Source of the DNA: a virus
IMG/VR virus record: IMGVR_UViG_3300035034_002581
Reading direction: 5' to 3' (one strand)
Length of the DNA stretch: 64,000 nt
Positions 36,002 to 46,902 of the stretch are shown here, piece after piece. Each line of letters starts with the position of its first letter. The stretch's first letter is position 1. A program made the position numbers and the translations under genes. The notes under the pieces are model-generated. The model was not told the DNA's origin, made no database searches, and saw only the letters and a program-made list of their open reading frames with translations.

Positions 36002-38649
36002 TACTTTCTCTTAATTCTTTGTGTATCTGTTTCTTCGGACCCAATAATGATTTCTTGACCCTTAGAGAAATCAAGGTAGACAGGGTAGACTGAATATGTT
36101 GTTGTGCATACGCACTTACTAAGTACTCTATCTTCAAACCTTACTGCGTTTGTGTTGACAAGTGCATGGGCTTTTCCTAATATTGATCTCATTCCGAGTT
36201 GTGTTCCCATTACAACGAAGTGATCAATTCTTTTCATATCGCCCTTTACAATCCACTTAAGCTCTACGTTTCCACGAGAAGTTTTCGTTGCTGTTCCAGT
36301 AGTAATCTTAGGTAGGCTCGTTTTTGTACTAACATTGACGAACTTCTGAACGCCTGTAAATCCTTGCTTGAATTCACTATCTATTTGAGCAGCTAATATT
36401 GTCTTCTTAGTTCTTAACACTCCTCTTGACAGAGTAGATGGGTGTAACCACTTAGCTGGCTGCAGTGCATAAGTTTTTTGTGTCTTGCTATCTACTACTT
36501 CTCTCACAGTAGTGGGTAGTATTTCATCAATTTTTCTTCTATAGACAGAGATAACATATCGATACTCTGTTTGCGATCTAAGCTGCGAGACATTATTAAA
36601 GGTTCTGTTTGCAAAGTCAGAAAAGCTAGTCTCAGTAAAGAACCCGAAGTCTTCTGTAACTCCTCTTGTCAAGTCAATTCGCTCTATGCCGACAATTGTA
36701 ATTTCTTCAAGCTTTTCTTTTTGATTTCGGATTTCTGTCTCAAAAAATGTACTTAAATTTGAAGATTGTAGGAGTGCAGTTGTTGCTGATATGTTGTTCT
36801 TGGGTACCTTGACGTTGATGTCAAATTTGACATCAAGAATGCCGCGGGAGTTAATTGACACTTCAGGTTGTGACACAATCAGATCTACAGCGTTTTGAAC
36901 AAGAGGCTCGTACTTAATGAGACTATACGCTGTTGAAAAAATTTCACGACCTCTCCTTGTAAATATTTTTGCACGATACTCATAGATGTGATTTAGCTTG
37001 GTTTGTGTGTCAACAAATGTAACTGCAGGTGATTTATTACTGACAACCTGGTATGGTTCTGGAACACTTATGGGTGTGAATTTTTGCTCATTTAGCGTTG
37101 TATCTTTTCTGACGACTACGACTGTGTAACTGCTTTGAAAGTTGTCAAGTCTAATTGCGATTCCGCCCTTTCTTAAAAAAGTAGACAAAGACAAAAACCT
37201 ATTGTCTGTCTCAGAAACTGTGTTTCTTAAAATAGGATTCGCTGTAGATAGATTTCGAGATGGAGAGGGCACTATTAAATCATCAAAGTCCGGAGTAGTC
37301 GGTGAAAATCCTTGACCAATTATCCTTTCGATCGTTGTTGAACCTTTAGGGGTTGAAGTCGGATTGTCTAACATTTCACTTATCTTCCAGGTTGAATCCG
37401 AAATCGGACCGAACTGTGAGAACACCCTAGAGTACCTTTCGAGAGTTCTTGGTTGACCACTTCCGCCGCCGCCTGGACTAAGATCTGTCGGCGTGTCGCT
37501 TGGAGAAGAATCTCTATTAACACGATTCAGTCTACTTTTTAAGTTTATGTTTAAGTCTAGGTCATCTGTGTTGCTTTTAATCCTTTCAAGCCCTTGCAGT
37601 TTCCCTTTTGATCTATCAAAAGGAGACTTAAGGGAATCTGCTTCGTTGATCTTTTCTACGATGTCTACAGCACATGCAGCTGATGAAACTTCGTTGCCTT
37701 TCTTATCAAGCGCAGCGATTTTTAGTATTCCTGTGTTTCCTATGCTTGCTAGATCTTTACTGCTAACTGTGATTGTGGATACAATTTTAACATTTTTTCT
37801 CTTAGATCTTCTAAGAGAAGGAAAAGGTGTTGAGCCCTTTCCAATATCTGATGCCTTGAAAACGTCCTTTAAAGATCCTTTAATGTTGCTGCTTATAATA
37901 TTGTCAACTGGACTAACATTATCATTGAGTTTCTTCTTAATGGGTGAAAGTATACCACCGAGTGTATCTTCAGCAGGTGAGAATGGGATAAGTCCATCAG
38001 ATGCTTTTGTCGGCGAGAGGTTTCCAATAAAGATTGAATCTAAGCTTAGTTCACTTGTGTCCTTACTGTCTTCAGTGAGATTGACACCAGAAAAAGTCGG
38101 TGTTTGTAATATCGGTGTATTCTCTATTGAAGATGCTAAAGAGTCAGGTGAAAGGTTTACAATTTCTTGCTGGAACCCTTCATTTGAATTTTTGCCGATG
38201 TTGTTCTTAGCTGTAGTGTTGTTAAACTTAGATGTAATATCTGTCTTTTGCTTGATCACACTCTGATTTTCGACTTTCTTATTGAGTAGATCAGCGTTAC
38301 TCGAAGATTCCAAGATATTTTTAAGCACGTTATCAGGTGCAGACTTATCACTCTTTTTTGAAGGATCTTCACCTCTTTTGCTTAAAGAGACTTCAAGAGT
38401 ATTTACATCACTGTTTATTGCTTCGTTTTCATCTATTAAAGTCTCAATAGACAGAACAACTGACCCATTTGAGTTCTGACTAACTACCTTGACGTCATTA
38501 TGATTAATCTTGACACTAGTAGAATTTCCGCGTCGAGGAGATTTAGGCTTGAAAGTACTTTTGCTACTAGTTGACTTTGACTTTCCTTTCTTTGAAGTCG
38601 AAGTACTTTTTCCAAAATTTGTAGGTGGTGTCTTAGTAGATTTTGGCAT
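36001..38649 (-). CDS. Large structural protein with a Lys/Ser-rich basic N-terminal tail
   Basis: An 882-aa ORF. Its N-terminus reads MPKSTKTPPTNFGKSTSTSKKGKSKSTSSKSTFKPKSPRRGN. Confidence 0.4.
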   Translation of the reverse strand: MPKSTKTPPTNFGKSTSTSKKGKSKSTSSKSTFKPKSPRRGNSTSVKINHNDVKVVSQNSNGSVVLSIETLIDENEAINSDVNTLEVSLSKRGEDPSKKSDKSAPDNVLKNILESSSNADLLNKKVENQSVIKQKTDITSKFNNTTAKNNIGKNSNEGFQQEIVNLSPDSLASSIENTPILQTPTFSGVNLTEDSKDTSELSLDSIFIGNLSPTKASDGLIPFSPAEDTLGGILSPIKKKLNDNVSPVDNIISSNIKGSLKDVFKASDIGKGSTPFPSLRRSKRKNVKIVSTITVSSKDLASIGNTGILKIAALDKKGNEVSSAACAVDIVEKINEADSLKSPFDRSKGKLQGLERIKSNTDDLDLNINLKSRLNRVNRDSSPSDTPTDLSPGGGGSGQPRTLERYSRVFSQFGPISDSTWKISEMLDNPTSTPKGSTTIERIIGQGFSPTTPDFDDLIVPSPSRNLSTANPILRNTVSETDNRFLSLSTFLRKGGIAIRLDNFQSSYTVVVVRKDTTLNEQKFTPISVPEPYQVVSNKSPAVTFVDTQTKLNHIYEYRAKIFTRRGREIFSTAYSLIKYEPLVQNAVDLIVSQPEVSINSRGILDVKFDINVKVPKNNISATTALLQSSNLSTFFETEIRNQKEKLEEITIVGIERIDLTRGVTEDFGFFTETSFSDFANRTFNNVSQLRSQTEYRYVISVYRRKIDEILPTTVREVVDSKTQKTYALQPAKWLHPSTLSRGVLRTKKTILAAQIDSEFKQGFTGVQKFVNVSTKTSLPKITTGTATKTSRGNVELKWIVKGDMKRIDHFVVMGTQLGMRSILGKAHALVNTNAVRFEDRVLSKCVCTTTYSVYPVYLDFSKGQEIIIGSEETDTQRIKRK

Positions 38650-38660
38650 GCTTTACTTCC

Positions 38661-39569
38661 TTAGTCAAATGAGATTACAAAGATGTTTACAAAAGTTGAA
38701 TGGCCAAATTCATCTTTGAAGATTTTTCCCACAAAGTAGACTTGCTTAGTCCTGCTTTCGTTTTCTCCGACAGTAAATTCTCCAAAGTCAATTATGTCAA
38801 GTTTTATGACTTTTCCACTTGAAGCCTCAAACATCTGTATAACTAGGTTGTTATCAGCTGATGTCGATGGAAATGTTATGTCAATTTTTTCTTTGTTAGC
38901 AAGCTCTGAAGAGAGTTCATCGAATGTCGTGATCTCGGGCTGATTTGGTACTGGATAGTTTCCGAGCGGTTTTGTCTTTCCTTTATTTACTGGTGGGAGG
39001 TATTTAAAGTTAGGGATGTGGGACAATCGTTTGTCTTGATAAAAACTCTCTATGCTACTAACAGATGCTTGCGTTACACCTCTTCTTGTATCTATGGGCA
39101 GTTCATCTGTGATGAGAAACGAACCAGACTGTTTTGACAGAGAAAATCTATCAATTTCTGAGAAGACATCTTTGCTACCAAGTAAGTACATGTTTCGGAA
39201 GTTGTCGATGGACGACTCCAATAGTCCATCGACAGTTGACGCAAAATTATCATCACTACTTACTATTGATGTGCCAGATATTATCTTGTCGCCAACTATC
39301 TTTAAGCTGCTAGGCCCAATGTATGGTACAAGCGCTCCATCATCACTTGTGACAAGTGTAACTTGATTTCTTCCATTAGCTGTAGCTTCAAAGAATATCC
39401 TTTTGCCGGCGTCTGTTGAGCCGCTGGATACATCACCTTCGTAAAAAGTATTTGCATCAGAAAAAGATGCGAACTCAAACTTTAGTGATCCGGCAGCTAA
39501 CTGCCGTCTACCCTCAGTTGTCAGGATCGTATCAAATATTCTGCTCTTGTTATCTAAGATACCTGCCAT
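38661..39569 (-). CDS. Virion structural protein (N-terminus paralogous to the 240-aa protein)
   Basis: A 302-aa ORF. Confidence 0.4.
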   Translation of the reverse strand: MAGILDNKSRIFDTILTTEGRRQLAAGSLKFEFASFSDANTFYEGDVSSGSTDAGKRIFFEATANGRNQVTLVTSDDGALVPYIGPSSLKIVGDKIISGTSIVSSDDNFASTVDGLLESSIDNFRNMYLLGSKDVFSEIDRFSLSKQSGSFLITDELPIDTRRGVTQASVSSIESFYQDKRLSHIPNFKYLPPVNKGKTKPLGNYPVPNQPEITTFDELSSELANKEKIDITFPSTSADNNLVIQMFEASSGKVIKLDIIDFGEFTVGENESRTKQVYFVGKIFKDEFGHSTFVNIFVISFD

Positions 39570-42500
39570 TAGATTACACTTGTCCAGTTGTTAAACACAT
39601 TATCTACATATGGTAGCGAAGAAGTTGCGGCATTGCTTCTATTTGAAGAACCACTCAATACATCAAGTCCGCCACCGTCGATTAATTCTCCATTTTGAAC
39701 AAACTTAACTGTGACCGGTGCTTGAAGAAGGCCTTGGACTGTCGAGACATCGTCTTTACCTTTTGACTGTTTGAAAACTCTGCTATCTTTTCGTTGTTCA
39801 AGCGTGTCTCGAAATTGTCCGTATCTTCCTGGTCTGAAGATGGTAGTAGGGTACTGTGGAAACACGCTCATTATTCCATATTTGTAACCTGTTGATCCTG
39901 ACACACTGTGATGAAGTTTTCTTGGGTCATAAAGATCGGCACCTTCAACTGACAATCTATAACCTCTTCCAAAGAGAAGTGTTCGCAGCATATATACACT
40001 GTTGATTACTACTTCACGATAATAATCGTTTACTGAGCTGCTTATGACAAGTTGCATCTCTTCGTTTTTAAAACGAGCTGGGTTATCTGAGTAGGGGTAG
40101 GGATTTAGTGCGCGATCGGAAAGAAATGGATGTTCGGCTTTTTTGACACCTAGCGAGCCTAGTGTTCCTGTCACTGCATCGCCTCTAAATGCAAACCCGT
40201 CAGGTGTACCTCTTAATATTGGATCAGGACTCGGATGTGGATCGAATATAAAAGATCCTGTAGGTGTGAAGACAGTTTCATTACTGGATGCACCATATTT
40301 CTTAAGGCTTGGCAGCATAGAATCATAGAATCGTTCATCAGTTGAAGCAATCGTAGTTCTAAAAGATCGCCCTCGCCCGAGATCTCCAAAAAACAAATCG
40401 TTTCTGCTAGCAGAAACTTCATTGTTTGCAAAAATTAGATCTGTTTGGAACGGGTTACCATTAAGGACTATGTTTTTTGGTTGACTATTTGCTGAAAGAT
40501 ATCTTACACGCGAAACTTCTTGAAGTTCATCGGGCTGAGTATTCTCAAGGTCTAATTCACCAAAAATACTTCCTAGCATTACGTCGTCTCCGTTTGATCC
40601 AGAGTACATCTCGCGAGGCGCTATTATGTATTCATCGACAATTTCTTCACCAATAAACTCATGAACTGTATCTGTAGTCAATTCTTGGTTTAGAGTATTA
40701 TGATACTGCTTGCCTTCTCTAAGTAATGATCCAAACATTTTAACAGAGGCTTTGCCCGGTACAACTGTCATGTAAGAAGCTGTATGGAATCCAACATTTG
40801 TTCCACCACCGGTTCCATTCACTATTGACGTTTGTGTATCAATGCCAAAAACAAGTTCATCTGTAGGTAACAATAAGTATGGTGAAACTTTTGACTGTGG
40901 GTCTAGTACACTGACAGATTCGTCAGCATCGCCTATGATTACTAATCCATCATTGTCTGCATTTCCAGCACCAAAAGGTGAAAGAGTTCTTGGATCATAC
41001 TTTTCGATAGGAAGTTGATCAGTCGTTTTTGAGTAACTTGTGGGATCAATTTCATTAATAAAGTATCTAAAGTTAGTATCTGACGTTGGTACCGGTGCTT
41101 TGCTTACAATTGATGCAGAAACTTCTGGTATTCTTCCTGTCAAACTAATATCACCAAAAGCTCGTGTTGTTGTCCCACCAGGCCAGTAATTAAAGTAAGA
41201 AGGGTACTCGCTAGCGCTATCGGGTGGACCTTCTCGCCAATCAATTCCAGATGAACCGAGCATTAATTTATTTGCTACAGCCGGTTCAAGATCGAGAACA
41301 ATAGAGCCAGTAAAAATGCCTTCTGCTACAGCACTACCATAGTTAAATCTTGAAATATCAAAACCATACTTAAATGATGGTGAATGTTGCGGTTCAAAAT
41401 CTTCTGTAAGTGCATTGAGTCCTGTGCCGCCGAGTTTATAAAAACAAATTGATCCACTAAAAACAATAAATCGATCACTTGATGAAATATCTTGAAGGCT
41501 GTCAACTACGTCGTTGTGGTTTTTTCTTTCTTGTCTGTACGCGAAGAATGTCCAGTTCCAGATATGCTGTCCTCGCTCCATAGGGTAGCCATTCTGTGTT
41601 ATAGGGGCTATTCTTGCTGTAATCGGTAATGTGACTTGTACTTTCTCAAGTAGAAATGGTTGCTTGATCGATCTTGACATATCATACGCAGAACTTGCTG
41701 TTGCGTGATATTTTGTGGCAAATGGTGCAAATGCAACACAAGTCGGTGATCCAAGTTTACTAAGGTTTGAATTGTTTTTAACTTCCGCTAATGTTGTTAG
41801 GCTGTTTAAGCTTGATGATGTCTCACTTACAAACTGTTGGACAAACTTCTCTGTGCCATTTGTTGGTTCTGTGTTTCCTAGTGAACCTGTTATAGTCCAA
41901 CTAAAATCATATGGGTTTCCTGTTGCATAATCTGTAATGCCAATTTGATCCCACGTTCCATTGTCAAAGTTAAAATAAGCCATCCCAGAATAGTCTTTTC
42001 CAAAAAACTGACTATTAGCATAATCTGTTGTGTGTGTAGACATATAATCTTTAGGATGCTTAACAAAGATCTGTTCATTCTGTGCTGAGAGGTCGATTTC
42101 AAATGACGTCTTGCTTAGTAATTTATCGCTAAAGCCTGGCAGAATTTGTATTGAAGTTCCTGTTAGAAAGAAACTAGGATTAGACACGGGTGGATTTACA
42201 TTTTGATTTTCTACAGACCCAGATGGTGAACCATTGTATAACATTGCTGCTGTAAAGGAAGTACCCCTTGACACCAATCTTGTTTCATCAAATGGCGAAA
42301 GTGCTGCCGACTGTGTCTGATTGTCTATAACATATTCGTCAGAGATTCCCTTGACAACATTACCAGTTCCTGAAAGATAGCCTGCATAAGATGAAGAAAC
42401 AACTGTGTATTCAGACCCTGATTTAATCATCTGTGAAAAGATGATATCGTTTTCCTGCTGAAACACAATGGACTTTGTATCATCATAGACTGACGTACCG

Positions 42501-42610
42501 GTTCCTGTCCTTTGATCGCCGGTTCTTTTAATCTTAGAAGATTTTTCGCCTTTGTTGTCCCTGTCTCTTATTTGAACTCTTGGTGAATTATTAATAAATC
42601 GATCACTCAT
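39569..42610 (-). CDS. Large tail fibre / baseplate structural protein
   Basis: A 1013-aa ORF. Confidence 0.4.
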   Translation of the reverse strand: MSDRFINNSPRVQIRDRDNKGEKSSKIKRTGDQRTGTGTSVYDDTKSIVFQQENDIIFSQMIKSGSEYTVVSSSYAGYLSGTGNVVKGISDEYVIDNQTQSAALSPFDETRLVSRGTSFTAAMLYNGSPSGSVENQNVNPPVSNPSFFLTGTSIQILPGFSDKLLSKTSFEIDLSAQNEQIFVKHPKDYMSTHTTDYANSQFFGKDYSGMAYFNFDNGTWDQIGITDYATGNPYDFSWTITGSLGNTEPTNGTEKFVQQFVSETSSSLNSLTTLAEVKNNSNLSKLGSPTCVAFAPFATKYHATASSAYDMSRSIKQPFLLEKVQVTLPITARIAPITQNGYPMERGQHIWNWTFFAYRQERKNHNDVVDSLQDISSSDRFIVFSGSICFYKLGGTGLNALTEDFEPQHSPSFKYGFDISRFNYGSAVAEGIFTGSIVLDLEPAVANKLMLGSSGIDWREGPPDSASEYPSYFNYWPGGTTTRAFGDISLTGRIPEVSASIVSKAPVPTSDTNFRYFINEIDPTSYSKTTDQLPIEKYDPRTLSPFGAGNADNDGLVIIGDADESVSVLDPQSKVSPYLLLPTDELVFGIDTQTSIVNGTGGGTNVGFHTASYMTVVPGKASVKMFGSLLREGKQYHNTLNQELTTDTVHEFIGEEIVDEYIIAPREMYSGSNGDDVMLGSIFGELDLENTQPDELQEVSRVRYLSANSQPKNIVLNGNPFQTDLIFANNEVSASRNDLFFGDLGRGRSFRTTIASTDERFYDSMLPSLKKYGASSNETVFTPTGSFIFDPHPSPDPILRGTPDGFAFRGDAVTGTLGSLGVKKAEHPFLSDRALNPYPYSDNPARFKNEEMQLVISSSVNDYYREVVINSVYMLRTLLFGRGYRLSVEGADLYDPRKLHHSVSGSTGYKYGIMSVFPQYPTTIFRPGRYGQFRDTLEQRKDSRVFKQSKGKDDVSTVQGLLQAPVTVKFVQNGELIDGGGLDVLSGSSNRSNAATSSLPYVDNVFNNWTSVI

Positions 42611-43359
42611 TTTTTGAGTCCTCCAAATGCTATTGAGTCTGTACCTGCGACATTATTGTTATATGTTGACCCAGCGCCTGCAGATCTGTGATCGTTTGGT
42701 AGTAAATCGTCAGTCTGCGGCTTCATGTCACCAATTGCTCCAATTAAGTCGATACCTGTCAATGTTACGCCTAGTTTGTCATACTCAATTTCATTTTGCT
42801 CATCAAACGGAGATAGAATAGCTGTGTTAGATGATACGATACCTGGTATTTTAACAGCTGCTGTTATAGTATCGCCCATGTATTCATCAGAGTCTACAAA
42901 CGGAACAATTGTATCAGGTATCTCGATTTCGAAAAACTGATTGACAATAGATGTTCTTTTAAATGTGTCTTCGTTTCCTGACATCAAAGTACCAAATACA
43001 TCGTGCGCTTCATATGGGTGATCAATGGAATTTCTGCTTGCTTTACTTCTAATTGTAAGGGGCTCTATTATTCCGTCTAAAGATTCTGGATCTCTGATAT
43101 TTAGGTTTCCGAGAATCGCAGGGAACATTTGATCGCCATTGACGTCATTGATATAGGATACAGGATCGTAATCAGCTAAATCTTGAAACCCTAAGTTATC
43201 AGAATATGTTTTTGGTTGTCCAAAAGCACTTTGTGACAGAAAAGAACCATCAAGTTCAGGACCAAGAACAGGTAGCGAGCCTCGTGCAACTCTTTTAGAT
43301 GAATTGACACCTTGATAGAACTGACGAACTTGTAGATAATTGGATCCTGTCACTGCCAT
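42607..43359 (-). CDS. Tail / baseplate structural protein
   Basis: A 250-aa ORF overlapping the 1013-aa gene by 4 nt. Confidence 0.35.
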   Translation of the reverse strand: MAVTGSNYLQVRQFYQGVNSSKRVARGSLPVLGPELDGSFLSQSAFGQPKTYSDNLGFQDLADYDPVSYINDVNGDQMFPAILGNLNIRDPESLDGIIEPLTIRSKASRNSIDHPYEAHDVFGTLMSGNEDTFKRTSIVNQFFEIEIPDTIVPFVDSDEYMGDTITAAVKIPGIVSSNTAILSPFDEQNEIEYDKLGVTLTGIDLIGAIGDMKPQTDDLLPNDHRSAGAGSTYNNNVAGTDSIAFGGLKK

Positions 43360-43398
43360 ACTAAACCTCTATTGTAAACATAGGCAGTTTTTTGATAC

Positions 43399-46300
43399 TC
43401 AGTCAGAAAAACTGCCGCCGTCGTTGCTTACTATTGTTGTGAGTAAAGAACTTCTTAGATCTTCACTTAAGTGTACTTCTTCTTCTATGTATCTTACCTT
43501 GGGCCTCTCTAGCATGTGTGATTCAATCACAAAGTTAGTTCCCAAGTAGTTTGTCTTTCTCGGTAGCAGTTGCTCAATAAACATTCCAATAGAGCCGTCG
43601 AACCACTTAAAGAACTCAAAGAAACCTTTAAGGTTGACCTTGTCAGTCAGTCTATTAAAGTAAATCTCACGCATAGATTCAAGATCAGGATAATCTTCTG
43701 AGTACCTTAATTCTGGGTTTCCTATTGCAGACTCAAAGAAGTCAAATGATTCAAATATTTTAACTATGTCTTCGTTTAGGGCATCAACTATTGAGAAGTC
43801 AATTGTAAATCTTGTATCATCTTGAGGTAACTCACTGGGAGTAATTTGATACACAGGTGCTGTGGCTGTGTCAAATTGATCTATGTTTTCTTGTTGCAAA
43901 AACCCGCGCACTCTAACTTTATTGTTTGTTGCAGCTTCATCGAACTTAGTGGAAAGTGTACTAAACCTAAATGTCTCAGGTTTGATTACTTTTTTGCTTG
44001 GCTCAAAACCTGTACCTACAAACGTAAGATTGTTCTGAGTAAAGTCTGTGAGCGTAACAACTCCCGATGCATTAGATTCAGTTATCGGCTGATCTGTTGT
44101 TGCATCTAAACGTAATCTCTGGAAGGCCCCAGAGGTTTGTGTGTTGAAATTGAAGTTAACCTTGGGCGTTTTAACACCTATAGACTTAAAATTCCTTACG
44201 TGTTCTTTCCATTCATCTGACGTAAGGCCTTTTGACCAGAACCTTATCTGGCTAACTTTACCACTAAATCTAGTCTCAAGTGTCTCATTTGTCAAACCCT
44301 GAGCGTTTAGATACAATCCAGGATCTATCGATCTTGATAGGCTCTGTGAACCTATTGTTATGAAGGAACCACTATCATTTACGGTCGCTAAAGCATTTGA
44401 GTATAAGTTGTCTGGGTCTGTAAAATAGAAAGACGATGTTGTGTATGTCTTCTCGAGTTCACCAAAATTCTGTTTACCTGCTCTAATAAAGAATGATGAA
44501 GAAACACTGCTTCCTATTAAATCATTGCGATTTTTGCCTACAGATACTGACCATACAGAGCCATCAAAAATGTTGACGCCTGTTAGAGGTAGACTAATAA
44601 GTTCTGCATTTGTACCTGATACAGGTCGTGTGTAGAATACAATTCTTGATGTGTCACTTGTTGACCCAGATATTGCGACAAGGTTAGCAATCGCTATCTC
44701 ATTTGAGTTGATAGCACCGAGAGTTCCTGTAACATTTAGCCTCATCAAGCTTTGACTTACTGGGTGCGATCCTGTCAGTAGATTTTCAAATTTGTATAGG
44801 GACTCGAAAGTCCACGAACCAGACGTCATCAGACCATCTGAAGGACTATCTGAGATGCCGTGAATTGGTGAGTTTTCTTTATTCACAAATGTTCCATTAG
44901 CTAATGGAACTCCGGATTCAATCCTTGAACCCGACAGATAGGCAGACTTCAGAAACGGTTTGTTGTTAGGCACACCCGATATGTCAAACGTTGATGTATC
45001 AGTCGATAGAGTTCCTGACATGTCTATCATGGTCGAAACTTCTGTCCTGTCAAGTCGCAGTGTCTTAAGATTTCCTTCTTTCGGTCCACCAAATTCTCTT
45101 ATTCTAAGAGTCGTATCTGGGTTAATTCCGACAGATCTAATTAGCGACTTGATAGAGTGAAGCGTGCCTTTTGACTTAACGATGTCTCCCATATTGACAA
45201 GTATTCTTCGCCAAATCTGATTCTGAACGGATTTCAGACTGTTTTCAGAGATGTCAAAGCTATTGCCGATGTTTTCACCATCAATAAATTGATCAAAATT
45301 TGAATTGTTAAAGAAACCTGGTGCTTCTATACCGTGATATTTAAAGATCATTGGTAAGAATTGATCTGCTACAGTGTCGTTAACATCATAGTCTACATGT
45401 AAGACATTTGACAGTTGGTCGATGTAGAGCTTCATTTCGTCAAAGTATTTTGCCCAAACAAACAAGAAGGCAGAGAGGAGTTGAGGGCTTCCAAGTTCGC
45501 CTGATCCTGGGACATTTCCTCCTGTATACTGATCTCCGATTGTTCCTACTTCACTATTAAGTCCCTCAAATTGTTGTCCTTCAGCAAAGTAGTGTTGAGG
45601 GACAAGCCTTGTAATCATGTTCGGGTTTTTTTGATCGTATAGACTTGCTGATGTCAATAGCACTGCATTAAATAGTACAACCTCTCTCTTTGTTGAAAAA
45701 AGCACAGGGTTGAGACTTCTATTCTCTTGCAACAGTGGATTACCAAACGAGTAACTACCAGTCGCTCTGTTTAGCGACGTAAATCCTTGTATTCTACTAT
45801 GAAGAGAATTACCAGAACTATCTAAGACTAAGTTGTCAAGATTGCCTAAAGTTCCAGATGGTTCATTGAATTTGAAATACAACTTAAGTTTGTCATCTTG
45901 GTAGACATTCTTATTAGCAAACTTAAGCTGTGTATCTTCTGTCAAGACTTTGTGATACACTCTTAGCTCATCAATCACACCATCCCAAGTGTTGTTTGGC
46001 GTCATTGTTCCAGATGGGTAGACATGAGACGATCCTGATCCAATAAGAAACTTCTCGGATGTAAATCCGAAAGATCCAATCTCAGCCTGTTTAGAAGATG
46101 TAGCAACGAGAACTGAGTCTCTGAATATCTTAAGTCTGTTTACGCCAGGTGTTCTATCGAATGTAAATGTAACATGTTCCCAATCGCTCTTTGACAATGT
46201 TGTTGATGCTGAAAGTGCGAGGGTTCCGGACGTAACTACGAAGTGGATGTCATAGGACTCCGTTGATGCTGTATCTTGCTGATAAACTGTAAACCCTGCT

Positions 46301-46902
46301 TGTTGTGTGTCTTCGGTCAAGTATTGAAAGAGAACCTCTGTGTTGTTTTCTCTCGGCATTTGATATATTTGACTTTCTAGAGTAAATGACTTAAGGCCAG
46401 GATCTATTGTCTTTTCTCCCGTTTTATTTTTTGAGAATGAAGGGCTTTCAGATCCAGCAAAATCATTTACTGGAATGTAAGTTGACGATGCACTTAGAAA
46501 TAAGAGCTGACCAAGATTCTTGGGAAAATTATCGTAAACCCATTTTTCAAAACCTGTTAAATCGTCAAAGAATGATTCTGTTTCTTCACGTGTTCCATCG
46601 AATGGGAATTCATTGATTATTCTATCAAATGCTACGTTTACTTTCGCCTCAGCACTATTAAAGAATGTGTGATTTTCAAATTTTGACCAATCAAGGTTAA
46701 TCTGTTGTGTTGACTTTAGACCTACACCAGGAGGATCGTATCTAAAAGATGATGTATTCTGGATATTTGAGTCAGATAGCGAGTTGCCTACAACCTCTCT
46801 TACTTCACCTTCTGTGTTTAAAACTCTACGAGAAAATGCTGACGAGAACAGTTTTGGCTTTTTGAAATTATTAAGATTATTATTCGGTGTGATCTTTGAC
46901 AT
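43399..46902 (-). CDS. Tail fibre protein with a concanavalin-A-like / LamG-like lectin domain
   Basis: A 1167-aa ORF. SDWEHVTFTFDRTPGVNRLKIFRDSVLVATSSK...FLIGSG and ELRVYHKVLTED fit the LamG/ConA-like jelly-roll pattern (WHHVAVTYDG...LYVDG). Confidence 0.45.
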   Translation of the reverse strand: MSKITPNNNLNNFKKPKLFSSAFSRRVLNTEGEVREVVGNSLSDSNIQNTSSFRYDPPGVGLKSTQQINLDWSKFENHTFFNSAEAKVNVAFDRIINEFPFDGTREETESFFDDLTGFEKWVYDNFPKNLGQLLFLSASSTYIPVNDFAGSESPSFSKNKTGEKTIDPGLKSFTLESQIYQMPRENNTEVLFQYLTEDTQQAGFTVYQQDTASTESYDIHFVVTSGTLALSASTTLSKSDWEHVTFTFDRTPGVNRLKIFRDSVLVATSSKQAEIGSFGFTSEKFLIGSGSSHVYPSGTMTPNNTWDGVIDELRVYHKVLTEDTQLKFANKNVYQDDKLKLYFKFNEPSGTLGNLDNLVLDSSGNSLHSRIQGFTSLNRATGSYSFGNPLLQENRSLNPVLFSTKREVVLFNAVLLTSASLYDQKNPNMITRLVPQHYFAEGQQFEGLNSEVGTIGDQYTGGNVPGSGELGSPQLLSAFLFVWAKYFDEMKLYIDQLSNVLHVDYDVNDTVADQFLPMIFKYHGIEAPGFFNNSNFDQFIDGENIGNSFDISENSLKSVQNQIWRRILVNMGDIVKSKGTLHSIKSLIRSVGINPDTTLRIREFGGPKEGNLKTLRLDRTEVSTMIDMSGTLSTDTSTFDISGVPNNKPFLKSAYLSGSRIESGVPLANGTFVNKENSPIHGISDSPSDGLMTSGSWTFESLYKFENLLTGSHPVSQSLMRLNVTGTLGAINSNEIAIANLVAISGSTSDTSRIVFYTRPVSGTNAELISLPLTGVNIFDGSVWSVSVGKNRNDLIGSSVSSSFFIRAGKQNFGELEKTYTTSSFYFTDPDNLYSNALATVNDSGSFITIGSQSLSRSIDPGLYLNAQGLTNETLETRFSGKVSQIRFWSKGLTSDEWKEHVRNFKSIGVKTPKVNFNFNTQTSGAFQRLRLDATTDQPITESNASGVVTLTDFTQNNLTFVGTGFEPSKKVIKPETFRFSTLSTKFDEAATNNKVRVRGFLQQENIDQFDTATAPVYQITPSELPQDDTRFTIDFSIVDALNEDIVKIFESFDFFESAIGNPELRYSEDYPDLESMREIYFNRLTDKVNLKGFFEFFKWFDGSIGMFIEQLLPRKTNYLGTNFVIESHMLERPKVRYIEEEVHLSEDLRSSLLTTIVSNDGGSFSD

